Positions 1-11,931 of a stretch of DNA of 64,000 nucleotides are shown piece after piece (position 1 is the first letter of the stretch; each line of letters starts with the position of its first letter). Source of the DNA: Macrostomum lignano (lineage: Eukaryota). A model generated the notes under the pieces. The model ran no database searches. It was not told where the DNA came from and saw only the letters and a list, made by a program, of their open reading frames with translations. Position numbers and translations under genes: made by a program. The DNA lies in assembly GCA_002269645.1 (NCBI GenBank), contig NIVC01002080.1, forward strand, positions 1 to 64,000. Reading direction: 5' to 3'.

Positions 1-143
1 GACGCACAAGGAGACGAAAGAAAAGCTGCATAATAATCATCGAAATTATCAATTAAGCTGGCTTTGCCTGGCTGACTAAAAATAAAATTACTTTGTGACT
101 AGAGATCTACGCTTTGAGAAAAAAGCTCGGCATGACAGCTACT

Positions 144-356
144 CTACTTTCAGTTCAGTAGCAAGGAAGCATGCGTAAGCTATTTCATGAAAAGAAAGCC
201 AATTGGAGCTGGAGTGATGGATGCCGTTAGTGTACATTAGTCAGCGCCGCTGAGATTCCGGAACTCCCGAGGAAGGCAATAAAAATTGGACGGCAGGTCC
301 GGGAAAGAGGCTTGGAAAAGCTTAAAATGCTTAACTTTCTACTGAACTGAAAGTAG
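144..356. mobile_element. Non-autonomous TIR element (MITE-like), copy 1
   Basis: 18-bp inverted repeat CTACTTTCAGTTCAGTAG (144-161) / CTACTGAACTGAAAGTAG (339-356); a related copy is at 56855-57188. Confidence 0.7.
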
Positions 357-903
357 CTTACATGCGTTAAATGGCCCATATAGTTAGACTCGCGATCCTG
401 CCGAATATTTTGTTAATTTTCACTCCGAAGTGCTTTTTATGGCTTACTATACATATCGGAGCCGTGCCCAACCGGTTGCAATATCGATAACTTCAGGAAC
501 AGTGGACTTCAAATTCACGAAAATTGGCCTGTGGGTTGTCGTGGGATTCACACCTGTTGAGCCAACCCTAAAGGCACAGGAAGTGCACATGCCTGACGAT
601 TAGAAAGTCGGGCCGTTGTACACCCTGGTACACATGGGACCATGGGCTGTGGGACCATGTCACCGAAGGAGTGTGCTCACAACCGTCGTGTGAATATTGC
701 TATCATTAGTTCCATTCGAGAGCATTAAATTGACATGAAACCCTCATTTTATCTCTTTACGAAATCCCTTGAGAGCCGGAGGGACTTAGATGAAACATGA
801 AACGTCTTGGCGGAATCGCTGTAGTTATAATTACAGATATGCGAGGCTTGCCAATCCAGTTTAAATTGTGGATAAAAATCCTTGAGCCCCTCTGGCCAGT
901 TAT

Positions 904-1182
904 TTAGTTATCCTCGGCCAGGTCCTCCGCCAGACAGTCAGGCAGGAAGCCGAAGCAGCCGGCCAGCCGGCCGCTGAACGGCCAAGCAGTCGCGGAGCCG
1001 CCGGTCCTCGGCGCCGGCCACCAGCAGGCGAGCTGGCTGGACACCGCGCGCGGCAGGCAGGCGGCGAATGCCGAGTCCGGCAGGTCCAGGATGGGGCGCA
1101 GCAGCTGGGCGATCATGCCGGCCAGGCTGGCCAGCCGGGCGTCCGAGTCACGCAGCAGGGAGGCGGCCTGCTCGGCGTGCAC
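904..1182 (-). CDS. ARFGEF3: ARFGEF3 terminal exon 11
   Basis: DSDARLASLAGMIAQLLRPILDLPDSAFAACLP resembles DAEAQIQVWTNMVLTVLNQIQILPDQTFTALQP. TAA stop at 904-906. May contain compensating frameshifts (see findings). Confidence 0.78.
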   Translation of the reverse strand: MHAEQAASLLRDSDARLASLAGMIAQLLRPILDLPDSAFAACLPRAVSSQLACWWPAPRTGGSATAWPFSGRLAGCFGFLPDCLAEDLAEDN

Positions 1183-1244
1183 CTGGCCGGAGCAGCAAGG
1201 GTCACGGTTTTGTCGCGTTCACAAGCTCGAAGTTTCAGTTCTTG

Positions 1245-1521
1245 TCTACCACACTCCCAGATCCTTGTCTACCACACACTCCCAGATCCTTGTCTACCAC
1301 ACACTCAGATCCCTGTCTACCACACACTCCCAGATCCTTGTCTACCACACACTCCCAGATCCTTGTCTACCACACACTCAGATCCCTGTCTACCACACAC
1401 TCCAGATCCTTATCTACCACACACTCCTAGATCCCTGTCTACCACACTCCCGGTCCCTGTCTACCACACTCCCGGTCCCTGTCTACCACACTCCCGTCCC
1501 TGTCTACCACACACTCCCCAC
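1245..1521. repeat. Minisatellite, ~23-25-bp unit CCTTGTCTACCACACACTCCCAGAT
   Basis: Tandem array abutting the exon 10 donor. Confidence 0.9.
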
Positions 1522-2065
1522 CTGCTGATGCCGCTGACTCTCGGCGGAGTAGCCGCTGGACCCGCCGGCGCCAGCAGCAGCTGCAGACGGCGCAGCGTGG
1601 CCAATATGATGACGCGACTGCTGAGGCAGACTGTGCGCCAGCTTGCGCCGCTTGTACTCGGCCATGAGCCGGCCGATGGCTTTGTCACCAGCCAGGCTGT
1701 ACACCTGCTGCTGCTGCTGCTGCTGTGCATCCGCGGTGGAAGAGGCCGGAGATTCTGCTGCTTCCCCGGACGTCGTCGCGACGCCGCCGTCCAAGCTGGC
1801 CGACGTGCCGCTGGCGATGGCCGAGGCGACATCGTCAGGCTGGGCAACCAGCAGGAAGAGCAGCGGCCGCTCGGACAGTCGGTCGGCGGCCTGCAGGCAG
1901 TCGCGGCTGGCCAGCAGGTCCAGGTAGGTGTGGGTCAGCACGGACATGGCGTGGCCAATCAGGTAGGCAATCTCCGGCTTGCCCAGCCAATCAGAGCCGG
2001 CGGCAGGCGCATGAGGGGGCTGGCCTCCAGGGCTGAGCTGGGCAGAGCGGCAAAGTCCGACCGGC
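1522..2065 (-). CDS. ARFGEF3: ARFGEF3 exon 10
   Basis: VYSLAGDKAIGRLMAEYKRRK matches IYTMAADKTISKLMTEYKKRK. CAG acceptor at 2066-2068, GTGGGG donor. Confidence 0.85.
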
Positions 2066-2084
2066 CTGCGGGTCAGGGGCGATT

Positions 2085-2575
2085 AATGGGTCAGCAGCAG
2101 GTCAGATTAATGGGGTCAGCAGCAGGTCAGATTGATGGGGTCAGCAGCAGGTCAGATTGATGGGTCAGCAGGTCAGATTGATGGGGTCAGCAGCAGGTCA
2201 GATTGATGGGGTCAGCAGCAGGTCAGATTGATGGGGTCAGCAGCAGGTCAGACTCATGGGGTCAGCAGCAGGTCAGACTCATGGGGTCAGCAGCAGGTCA
2301 GATTGATGGGGTCAGCAGCAGGTCAGACTCATGGGGTCAGCAGCAGGTCAGACTCATGGGGTCAGCAGCAGGTCAGATTGATGGGGTCAGCAGCAGGTCA
2401 GACTCATGGGTCAGCAGCAGGTCAGACTCATGGGGTCAGCAGCAGGTCAGACTCATGGGGTCAGCAGCAGGTCAGATTGATGGGTCAGCAGCAGGTCAGA
2501 CTCATGGGGTCAGCAGCAGGTCAGACTCATGGGGTCAGCAGCAGGTCAGATTGATGGGGTCAGCAGCAGGTCAGG
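2085..2575. repeat. Minisatellite, 25-bp unit GGGGTCAGCAGCAGGTCAGATTGAT
   Basis: Tandem array filling ARFGEF3 intron 9. Confidence 0.92.
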
Positions 2576-2635
2576 AGTGACTCATACAAGCAATTTCGGG
2601 CGGTAATGTTATGGAGCACGCATGAACAATTTAAC

Positions 2636-3038
2636 CTACCAAGCGAGTGCCGCACAGCCAAAGGGATGAGCAAGCCAGCCAGGTATCCCACAGCTAATCC
2701 GGCCTGCTTATAGAGATTAGCGGCCACCCTCACTCTGCAGGCCTTCTGTAGCAGAAACTTCAGACCGGGCCGCTGGTCGAACTGGCTGCTGAGATTGTAG
2801 CACTCCAGCAGTGCAGCCGCCAGCTGCATCGCGTGCGAGCCCTGCACATAGTCGGCCGCGGACACGGGCTTGGCCTGGCCGGACAGCTCGCCGACTGTCT
2901 GCAGCAGCAACTGCTGGGCCAGAAGGCCGCGTACGATGGCGCCGAGTTCGATGCGCGCCTCCGGCTCGGAGTCCTTCTCGGAGCGGTACAGCAGAAACAC
3001 CAGGGGTCGCTCGTCTTCTTTGGCCTGCAGGACCGAGT
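2636..3038 (-). CDS. ARFGEF3: ARFGEF3 exon 9
   Basis: YNLSSQFDQRPGLKFLLQKACRVRVAANLYKQA is the ARFGEF3 RPGLKxLLxK...AANLYRQ motif. Donor placed at AG|GTTAAA to fit the phase of the next exon, so the 3' boundary is less certain. Confidence 0.8.
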
Positions 3039-4049
3039 CTGATTAGGAGAGAGAAGTGTGCGATGTATGCCTGACTATGGGCTAATCCAGATTCTCAGTT
3101 GTTTCAAGAATGAGGTACCATCATCCTAGATTCTTAGAATGGACCGCCACCCCCGCAGGTTGTGGTGGTACACAGTTGCTACGGTACGAATAAGAACTTC
3201 ATATTTAGACACCGCGGTGTTTAGGAACAGCGCCGTCAAAAGACATCCTGATTTTATTTTGATATAAGTGCAAATTTCAGCGAGTCATGTCGACCATAAA
3301 AGAACCGTCATGTTAATTGAAGATCTTGGCATATGGGAATGACACTGGCACTTTTACTTTTTACTCTACCTGACGACCTGTATGCTTAGCGAAACATGTC
3401 GTGAAAAAGTGTAAAGTTTTAGTTTTATTCGCCATCAATATCTACAAATATTCGAAAACAACAGGACAGAATGGTTTCTTGTTCTTGGCCTTGTTTTTTT
3501 AACTCTATTAAAGAAAAGTAGCTTGCATCTTCTAAGCAAGCTGCATCAACTTAAATTAGCAAGGAGGCAAAAAGTCCGTGGCAAGGTCAACAATAGTTAA
3601 TGTGCTGAATGCGCCTCCCTCAGCATGCCCTTGAAGTGTTTTGCCTAACCTCTATAAAATAATATATAAGAATATATTCAATATTTTGCTTATTCCGCGA
3701 TTTTGACACTGTTGGACCTATTTAGTATATTTTCATAGCTACTACTCGTGCAGATCTTATCTTATTTCTTACGATTTATACTAGAACAGTATATTTACCT
3801 TGATTTTATTTATTTAGTAGCTAGTGCTGTTTTTGTGCCATTCGACTGCAATGTAATTATACGATAGCCATCGGTCTAGCTAATAGACCCTTATGTAGTT
3901 ATATATAACATAATGTCCTCAAGAAGAATATTTCAAACAAAATTTTAATGTCTCTTATTTGGTAATTTAAACAATTCATCCATAATCTAACAGATCTACT
4001 TTAAAGGATATATTCATTAAATAACAATCCGAAGGCGAAGATAGAGGCA

Positions 4050-5750
4050 ACAGTTCATACTTCGCCAGTTGCAAATGACTTTAACATGGTGAGCGATAGA
4101 CATCAAATGACATTTTAACGGCTGAAAGACCGTACTTAGCTCGCAGAAATGGATATCGCGCACTAAAGGACCTACTGACTACCACACTACTACCACACGC
4201 TGCTACATTAAGGTGCTATCTTGGCAGTTGGGGCCCTTTTGGAAACGATATGGACTGTCGGACATTAGTGCAAGCACAATTTAGAGTGGTGTCCACATCA
4301 CAGAAGCTCTGCTCCATCAATTTTGATGAGGTTTATGTTCTATCTTCCACTCGACTTCGTGGCTGTCACATAGTTGGGCATGCCGAAGATGACTCAACTA
4401 AGCTAGCACGTACAGTTTTGGCCATTATGGTTAGACCACTCATGGGTGCTCGTCTTATACCAATCTACAGCTTGAATCCCGTTTTTTTCACCAGCAACTT
4501 GTGCGACTTATTGCAATAATCCATGCATGTGGTGGCATTTTCCTGAGCTTTGTTTGTGATGACCACTTTACGAACCGTAATTGCTTCCAGTTGTTGAACC
4601 CATCACCTGCGTCACCATGGAAGGCAATTAATCCATCTGCCTTTACACTTTCATTGTTTCTGCTATACGGTTGCTTAAAAACATTCGCAACAATTGGCTA
4701 ACACAATGACATGGAGAAATTGATTTTCGCTGTACACCTGAGCAACCTCTACGCCGTGCCAGATGGCAGCACATTGTTCAAATTGAGCAACAGTCTCACC
4801 AACTGGTAGTTCGTTCTACCACCCTCACAGCGGTGGCATGCAATCCTGTGCCTCCTGAACGCCAGGAAGTTTATATCGTATTAAATGTGCTCAACGAAAA
4901 AAACAGTTGCAACACTGCGCATCAATGGTAATAGCGACACTGCCGAATTTGTCCATTCTGTCGCTGAATTTTGAAGATCGTCAATGTAAGATCGCCGGAC
5001 TCTGAATCACCCCAGACGAGCTCCAATTGTGTCAGATGCCTCGCATAGCTTTAAACTATCATCCTCAATTTGCTTCCAAGACGGAGCAGATGGCTGAGGG
5101 CGGGGTCCCGCACGGCAGCGTTCTCTCACAACAGAGACACAGAAAGCTGTCATTCAAATCTGGAGAGGTCTTGTGGAGCTTTCGAAATGCCTGCTATCCA
5201 AGCAGCTATTCACCTTTGTCCTTCTAGGTAAGAATAGAATAGCAAATACATAAGATAAAATAAAAAACCAAGCTAGTATTTTCACTTCCAGGTGCTTTCC
5301 AATCTGACCCCCTTAAGGGCGAGTTCTCAATCTATAGGCAAGGACATGGAGGGTGCTATTTTATCTCTGTTGAGCAAGTTTTCCTGACTGCAAAATTGTT
5401 TCGAATGGAGTTGTATGCCTAGCTTGATGCCAACATACCAGAGCAACCACAACCTGCATGTTGTAGCGAGGAAGGCTTAAAGGATGCTGAACTCACAGCC
5501 ATTGACCATTTGTCAGTTCATGAAGCTGCTGTTTCTGAGACAGAAAGAGCTGCACTTTATTATATATGCGGCTACGCTGCACGCGAGGAAGATATCCCTC
5601 TATTTGATTCTGATATTCGTCACACTGTAGAAAAAAAGGCATGCAGTGAATTTACGAGTCTTTTATCTCGTGGAAAGCGTGTGAATCCTCCCGAATGGTA
5701 GCTTGTTTTCGCTCTATTGTGCTAGTCGTATTTCAATTTGCTGCACTAAA
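4050..5750 (+). pseudogene. P-element/THAP9-like transposase relic
   Basis: INFDEVYV...GCHIVGHAEDDSTKLARTVLAIMVRPL, CDDHFTNR, LLKNIRNNWLT (alternative frame, ~4672-4705) and ALYYICGY...SEFTSLLSRG are P-element transposase motifs. Many stops and frameshifts; TIRs not found. Confidence 0.75.
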
Positions 5751-8077
5751 CTTGTTTGAATATTAATAAAATAAATAAAATAATAATTTTAGACGGATAC
5801 TGTACTTTTGACAAATATTTTGAACTGTTAAAGTCTACTTTATTTAACTTATTGATGTGTTAAATCAGAGAGCATATTTTAATGCCTATTCTGCGACAGA
5901 ATAAGCATCTTACGTTCAAGTGTGCACAGGAGAAACATAGAAAAATCGGCATCCAATGATATTTTCACCAATTCTAAGTCTTGCGTCCTTTCCTACTTTA
6001 GTAGTCCTTGCGCCCGTTGTGTTTGTGTCCCACCCCTCTGGCGCCTGCGTAAGCCGCCCGGTGCCTGATTGGCGGAGGCTCGGGCAGTGTTCCCCCTTCT
6101 CGTCTTGTAGCGCTGTCAACCCCTCCCCAACCTTTTTGCAATGTATCCCCCGGCGCTGGCTTAGCCAGTTGGCTCACTCTGATTGGCTGCGAGTCCGTCT
6201 GTTTGGCAGAACCCCTTTTTATTCCTGCCCTGGCCTGCCTAGAATATTTATATGAGGCCTCAGCGGCCCCTGCTTTCCTCGCGCTCGACCCTTTTCGGTC
6301 AACGCTGCCCCGTTGCGCCTACGTGTCCTGCGGCTGCGATTATAAATAAAGGTGACGCTCTTATTACACCGAAGCCGAGCCGACGACCGGGCCGGGCCGT
6401 TGCCCTTCAGCGAACAACAATGCCCCCGGTTGTTCAGCGAGCAAATCGTGAGCACTCCTACTGTCTGTCTTTTCGGGATTTGCTTGCCTAGAGCTGAGCC
6501 AGGATTAGGAGTGTCGTATGCTGATTCCCACCTCAATCAGCTCAGCGTCATACACCTAGCAAGAGGCCATCGTGTATTGTACGCTCGATCAGCCTGATCT
6601 CAGCCGACTCTGCGACAGCAGCGCTCAAGGAAATAAGAAGTTTCGCTTGGGATTCTTCCCTTGGTTCATCACATTAAGACTAAAGTTGATTGTGATTCTG
6701 AGAGTGAGAGTAAAAGGTCTTGACTTGGAGTCTGATTGAAATACAAGCTCGTAGAGTTAAAATATTAGCTCAAGTAGTAGCTCTAGCAGCAGTGAAGCTG
6801 AATCACAAGCCACTAAGTGCCAGGGTGCTCCATTACGAGTAAAACAGTCAGTTGACATTGTCAGTGCCTTTGGCTTTCAAAAGGAGATTGCGAAACTTGC
6901 AGCCTGCCGGAAGACTTTTGGATCTCAGCCTGGGAATCAGGCCTTTCTCAAGCTTCCAAGAAAAGAAAGTCAGTAAGCCTTTGTTCTAGTGGAATACCAT
7001 CGACAATGATGAGCATACCAACCTACCTATTCTTCTAGAGCTTCGGCTTCAATGAAGCCAACCACACTGAAGGCCTGAACACGGATCGGGTTAATTTGCC
7101 CGAAACACTTTGCTCGGGACTTTCTGCGTCAACGGTTTGGAACAGGTTACCTTAAAGATAAAATAATTAATCCAGACAAGAACTCCAAGCGTCAGAGGCT
7201 GGCGGAGGAGGCAAGTGGAGAAGTAATTGCTGCTTTTGATAATTTCTGGGGCTCCAATTACAGTTGGAACCTGGTCAAGCGGTCATTGAATTAGATGTTC
7301 TCAGACCTTAAATAGTTGATTTACTTATAATCATTTACTTATTTACTTAGAATCATTCAAGTTTCGACTGCTCACAAGTAATTAATCGTTGTCTGTTTGC
7401 GCCACAACACAACAGTTGGGAATTTATTTTATCAGCTAATATGCAGCTTTGGTTAATCTTTAAGACGCTTACCCGGCAAAAAATAATTAGGCTTTGTGAC
7501 CGCACTTCGACCGCAGTTGACCGGATTTCGCGTACCATGCCAAAAAACGGTTCACCTCGACCGTTTTTTGCGGTCAAATTGATGAGGTCAAATTACGTTC
7601 GAAATACGGTCAAAAACGGTCGAATTGCGGTCAGATTCGGTCAAGAAACGGGCCAAAAACGTTCACCTCGACCGTTTTTTGCGGTCAAATTGATGAGGTC
7701 AAATACGGTTGAAATGCGGTAAAAAAAGATCGGATTGCGGTCAGATGCGGTCAAAATGTGGCCCCAATACCATTTGTCACTTGTTCACTTTCCAACAGAT
7801 GTATCCTTGCGCGCGCTACTTTGGTTTGTACCTGCACATTGCGAGACTTATTGTCTGTATGAAAATAAATAAATGAATTGTATTCTGTAACTACGGAAGA
7901 AGCGTTCGTTTGCGCACAGCGACATATTTTGAGAGTTCCTTTTTCTCTTTTCGCTGGAACATAAGACTTATCGTAGGAGAACTATAGGAAAGTACATGGG
8001 CACGTAGGCTATATATAGCTAGAGAATGAGCAGGAGCATGAGATCGACCCGGACATTAAACATTGTTGCAGCTAAAC

Positions 8078-9400
8078 ATGGACGCACTGCCATGCGAGAT
8101 ACTGACGCAGATTTTCGCGGAGCTCGACGTTCAGAGCCTTATGCAATGCGCCTACGTGAATCGCCGCTTCCTGGATGTCGCAATGCAGCCCCTGCTGTGG
8201 CGCCGCTTGCGGCTGGATCCGGCACTTATCGAGGCCGGGGACCCATCCGCATCGGCACTATCATGTCTGAGGGTTTGGCTGGCGGCTACGGTGGAGGAAG
8301 TGGAGTTTGGCTACCTGGATCAACCGAGGGACGCCACGCTGCAGCAGCTGTCGCTCATGCTGCGCGACTGTCGCAACCTCCGGACCTCCTTCTAACGGCG
8401 ATTGATCAAACCGAGTCTGCACCCAACCCACTGGTCGCCGTTGGCCGCGGCTGTCACCGACTCCGTAGACTCCGCCTCCTGGACTGCCGAGATATGCTGA
8501 CAGCCGAGGCTCTGAGGGCCATTGTGGACGGCTGTCCAGGCCTCACCCACGTCGAGATAGACGACGTCGGAGCACTGGCGGACCCCTCTACCTGCGAGCC
8601 AATGTTCCGCAGCCTCCTTTGCCAGCTCTCATCGATACGGCTGGCGTTTGACGGGCGTTGCCGAGTTATTGACGCGGCCTTACAATCGGATTGCGGGATT
8701 TGCTTGCGCGGCCTGGTCGTGGTCGATTTATGTGGCGCTAGTGTTGGTGGGTGTTCAATACTTGCGTAGTTACTTAGTTGTTGCATAGTGATACTTTCTT
8801 GCCCACTAACTTTGTAATACTTACTTGTTTTACCACTCATCCACCCAGTATTTAAGCTGGTACTGAACAAAATACAAATTACAGAACTGCTGGCTGTTGT
8901 TGCCCAGTCTGCGAGAGTTGACAGTGGGCGGTACGGCTATTTCGGATGCACTCGCCGCGCAAATGTCTGCAGCCGTCGGCCGTAACGGCAGCCAGCTGCG
9001 TAATGCAGTCTAGAAAAGTGCGTCCGATTGACTGATCGCGGCCTCCGCTCTTTTCTCGCCGCGTGGCCTAGGCTGAGGAGCCTGACGCTGCTCCAGTGCG
9101 AGAAGCTCCGAGCTGAAGGCCTGCTGGCTACCCGTCAGCCGGAGCTTCGCGAACTGGTAATCCTGGCCAGCTTAGACGCTCCAGCCCGCCTCCACGGCAG
9201 TGTCTCGGGTCGGGCCCGCCAACCACTACCGTCGGCCATACAGCTGCTAACCGTCTCGCCCTGCCGCTTTATTCGCTGCACGGGCGATGATTTCGTGCAC
9301 GCATTGGCCAACTGTCGGGGTGAGTTACTGCAGGCCGCGGAGCTGGAGGATGCCGCTGTCGCGGCCGAGAATGCCGCTGACCCAGTCAATGCTGGCGCTG
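8078..9400 (+). pseudogene. F-box/leucine-rich-repeat (FBXL-like) region inside the transposon, frameshifted
   Basis: MDALPCEILTQIFAELDVQSLMQCAYVNRRFLDVAMQPLLWRRLRL is an F-box. AMN1/FBXL-type LRRs follow (GCHRLRRLRLLDC, GCPGLTHVEI, LEKCVRLTDRGL, WPRLRSLTLLQCEKL). One-nt frameshifts at ~8385 and ~9005; probable intron ~8745-8884. Confidence 0.8.
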
Positions 9401-11931
9401 CCGAGGAGCTCCTGAACGTTCCCTTCCACGCCTCTCTGCCTGTCACCCTGGGCGACGCGGTCTCTGAGATTCAAGTGGGCAGGCGCGACCTTGCATTGTC
9501 GCAGAATGGCGTCCAGCGCCTTCTTGTACCAGACAACGCTTGGCCTCGCACGGTCTATAAACTGACATCGTACACCAATGCGTCCACAAGTGTGTTGGGT
9601 ACGTCCAAGTGCTTCACCATCTGCAGTGCGTGTGCCAGCAATTCGACCGGCTCGTGTCGACCGGGTGATGTGTGCTCCCACTGTGGCAGTACCAACGTCG
9701 GCAACTTCTGGGTGCTCGACGTCAAGAGACAAATTAGGACGCACATCGAATGCGACGGATTGCTTGCGAACGTTACCTTCCCGGTGAATCGCATACCAGT
9801 TCCAGGTTTTACGTCTGTCACAATTATGACAGCATCATTTCGAAATAAGCGAGTATAAGCGAATAATATGGCCGTCAATGCAATCTAAAGCATTCACAAC
9901 GTCCGGCAGACAAGGAGGACGTCTCCTACACCGTCGCCTCGGTCGCTTTCCCCTACCATCGAACCACCCTATCAAGGTGTGTCCCGTGTACCTCAGTATC
10001 ACGGAGGTACATAGCAAGCAGCGGATTCGCTTCGTGATTACCCTTGGCGTCTGGGCGAGTAGAAAAGAGTTGAAGTTTTTTGCCTTCTTGCCAGTCGTTG
10101 TTGACGTTCTCAACGACCTTCGCCACAATGGAGTCGCTTACGTGGACGCCACTGGTCAGCAGAGGGTTCTGCGACTCCACCCGTTAACAGCTATGTTTGA
10201 CGCTCCGGAAAGGGCGGATGCCCTTGTATGCGAAGTCACTCCGCCAAGAAATTGTCTCCCATATGTATTTCGACAAACATACTACGTGCTGACGCTTCTA
10301 AACAGTCTTGGGTCAATCTGTAATTCCAGAATTTTACTATTATTTCGTTCCAACCTCTAAGCTCCACACAGATACGGCTGCGACAGCTGTTACGTAAAGA
10401 CGGCAGCGTTACCGGGAGGCGGTGCCACTATCCCGTCCACCTGTCCACCTCAATGCGGCGTTCTGCGGAGAGGCTTGGGTGTACGCAAACCGACTTGCGC
10501 AATATGCCGGACTCAGTGGCCCTTGCGGAGCGCCGGCGCCTTGAGGGAGCAGCACCCAACACCGACATCCTTGGCATAATGGGTTTGTCTCCACTGGCCC
10601 ACCTGTCCGGCTTTGACTACGTCCGTGGCACCCCTCCGTGCTACCTCCATCAGCTCTGCTTGGGCCTGGTCCGCTGGCACAAGTGGCAATGGTTTCTGCC
10701 ACGCGTCAGGAGACCTGATCCGAACGCCGCGCTGGGTGCGCATATTTTTCATCTCCGACAAGCGGTGGATGAGCGGCTGCGTTGCGTGCGTCTGCCCAGG
10801 TATGTACACCGCGGTCTGCAGCCGCACCTGAATATGCGATAAGACAGTGCAACTCTTTGCTCCTGTCCCAGATCTGTGCAGCGGCAGCGAGTCCGATATG
10901 GGGCTGCTGGCGTATGGGCTCATGGTACTGCATGAATTTCTGCCCGACCGCTACTACCAGCACTTCCTAGTTCTGTCGACCGCCATCTTTTGGCTGACGC
11001 TGGACTCCGGTCTACTGCGACGCGAATTGCCGTTCGTCAGAAATTCGCTGTTGTACTTCATCGCAAAGCTGGCCCAGTTGTATAGCGAACGAGCGATGAC
11101 CTACAACTCACACCAGGTAAGATGGTGAGAAGTTTATATCCAAGCATGCAACTATCACCAGGAAAAAAGGACATGCAGATGTAGCATACGTACAACGCCG
11201 CACGATTTAACGTTCCAATAGGTGTGCCAGCACATGAAGGCCTTCGCGCACTTGGTCGGTCCGCTGCACCACCAGTCAGCCGGCATTTTTGAGACCATGC
11301 ATTGCCGACTCCGCAGGCGGCTGCACGCGTCGCGCCACACAGACCTCGAGGTCTTCAATGTCGTTGAGCGAGACGTGGCAACGCAGCTGACAAAGGTTCG
11401 CAGGACTGCAGCAGCCGAACCGCGCCCAGAAGGCTTCGTCTCGGGCAACACAGATGCGTGTTGTCAACGGCGTTTGTCTTGCGACGGCACCATGGCATGG
11501 CGAACCAGTGGAGCAGTGCGTCGACGCAGTCCGGCCTCTTTATCGAGCGTTGGAATGCAACCAAGTGCATCCCACGCACTGCGTGCTCGAGCTTCGTCGG
11601 CTTCTATGGTGACGGACAGAAGGGTCTGCACTTCGCACGCGTTGAAGCTATCACCCTGTGCCAGTTGGGTGGCATCTGGCTGACGTGCAAGCTCCTGCCC
11701 GTTGCACTGCTTCCCGACCCCTTGGAGGCGTTGAGCAACGTGTCGTCGGCGGATACGGAGCACCGTGGTTGCCGCTGCTGGCATGTTTGCCGCCTGCAGT
11801 GCGACCCTTTCGGCCCTACAGAAGCCCTCGGCAATGCAGTCGATGTCAATCTGACGGACATCTTAGGCGCGTGCGACGTGTCGCCGACGTCGATTGCAAT
11901 GCTACCGCATACCCAGTTGCCCACGTCGTAA
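9400..11931 (+). pseudogene. EnSpm-type (TnpD-like) transposase, multiple frameshifts, probable intron near 11115-11220
   Basis: Motif order typical of animal EnSpm transposases: CxxC..CxxC (CSAC/CSHC), CPVYL, FDAPERA, YGCDSC, GIMGLSPL..FD...YLHQLCLG, VDERL, YYQHF, MTYNSHQ, GPL..SAGIFE. Confidence 0.82.

Noticed and set aside
1177-2580. Long plus-strand ORFs (e.g. 1177-2160, 2203-2580)
   Set aside because: Antisense shadows of GC-rich ARFGEF3 exons plus stop-free minisatellite frames.
7066-7112. CTGAAGG...CGGG-loop-CCCGAAAC, a possible hammerhead ribozyme
   Set aside because: Lacks the CUGANGA core directly before stem II, and stems I/III are not evident.
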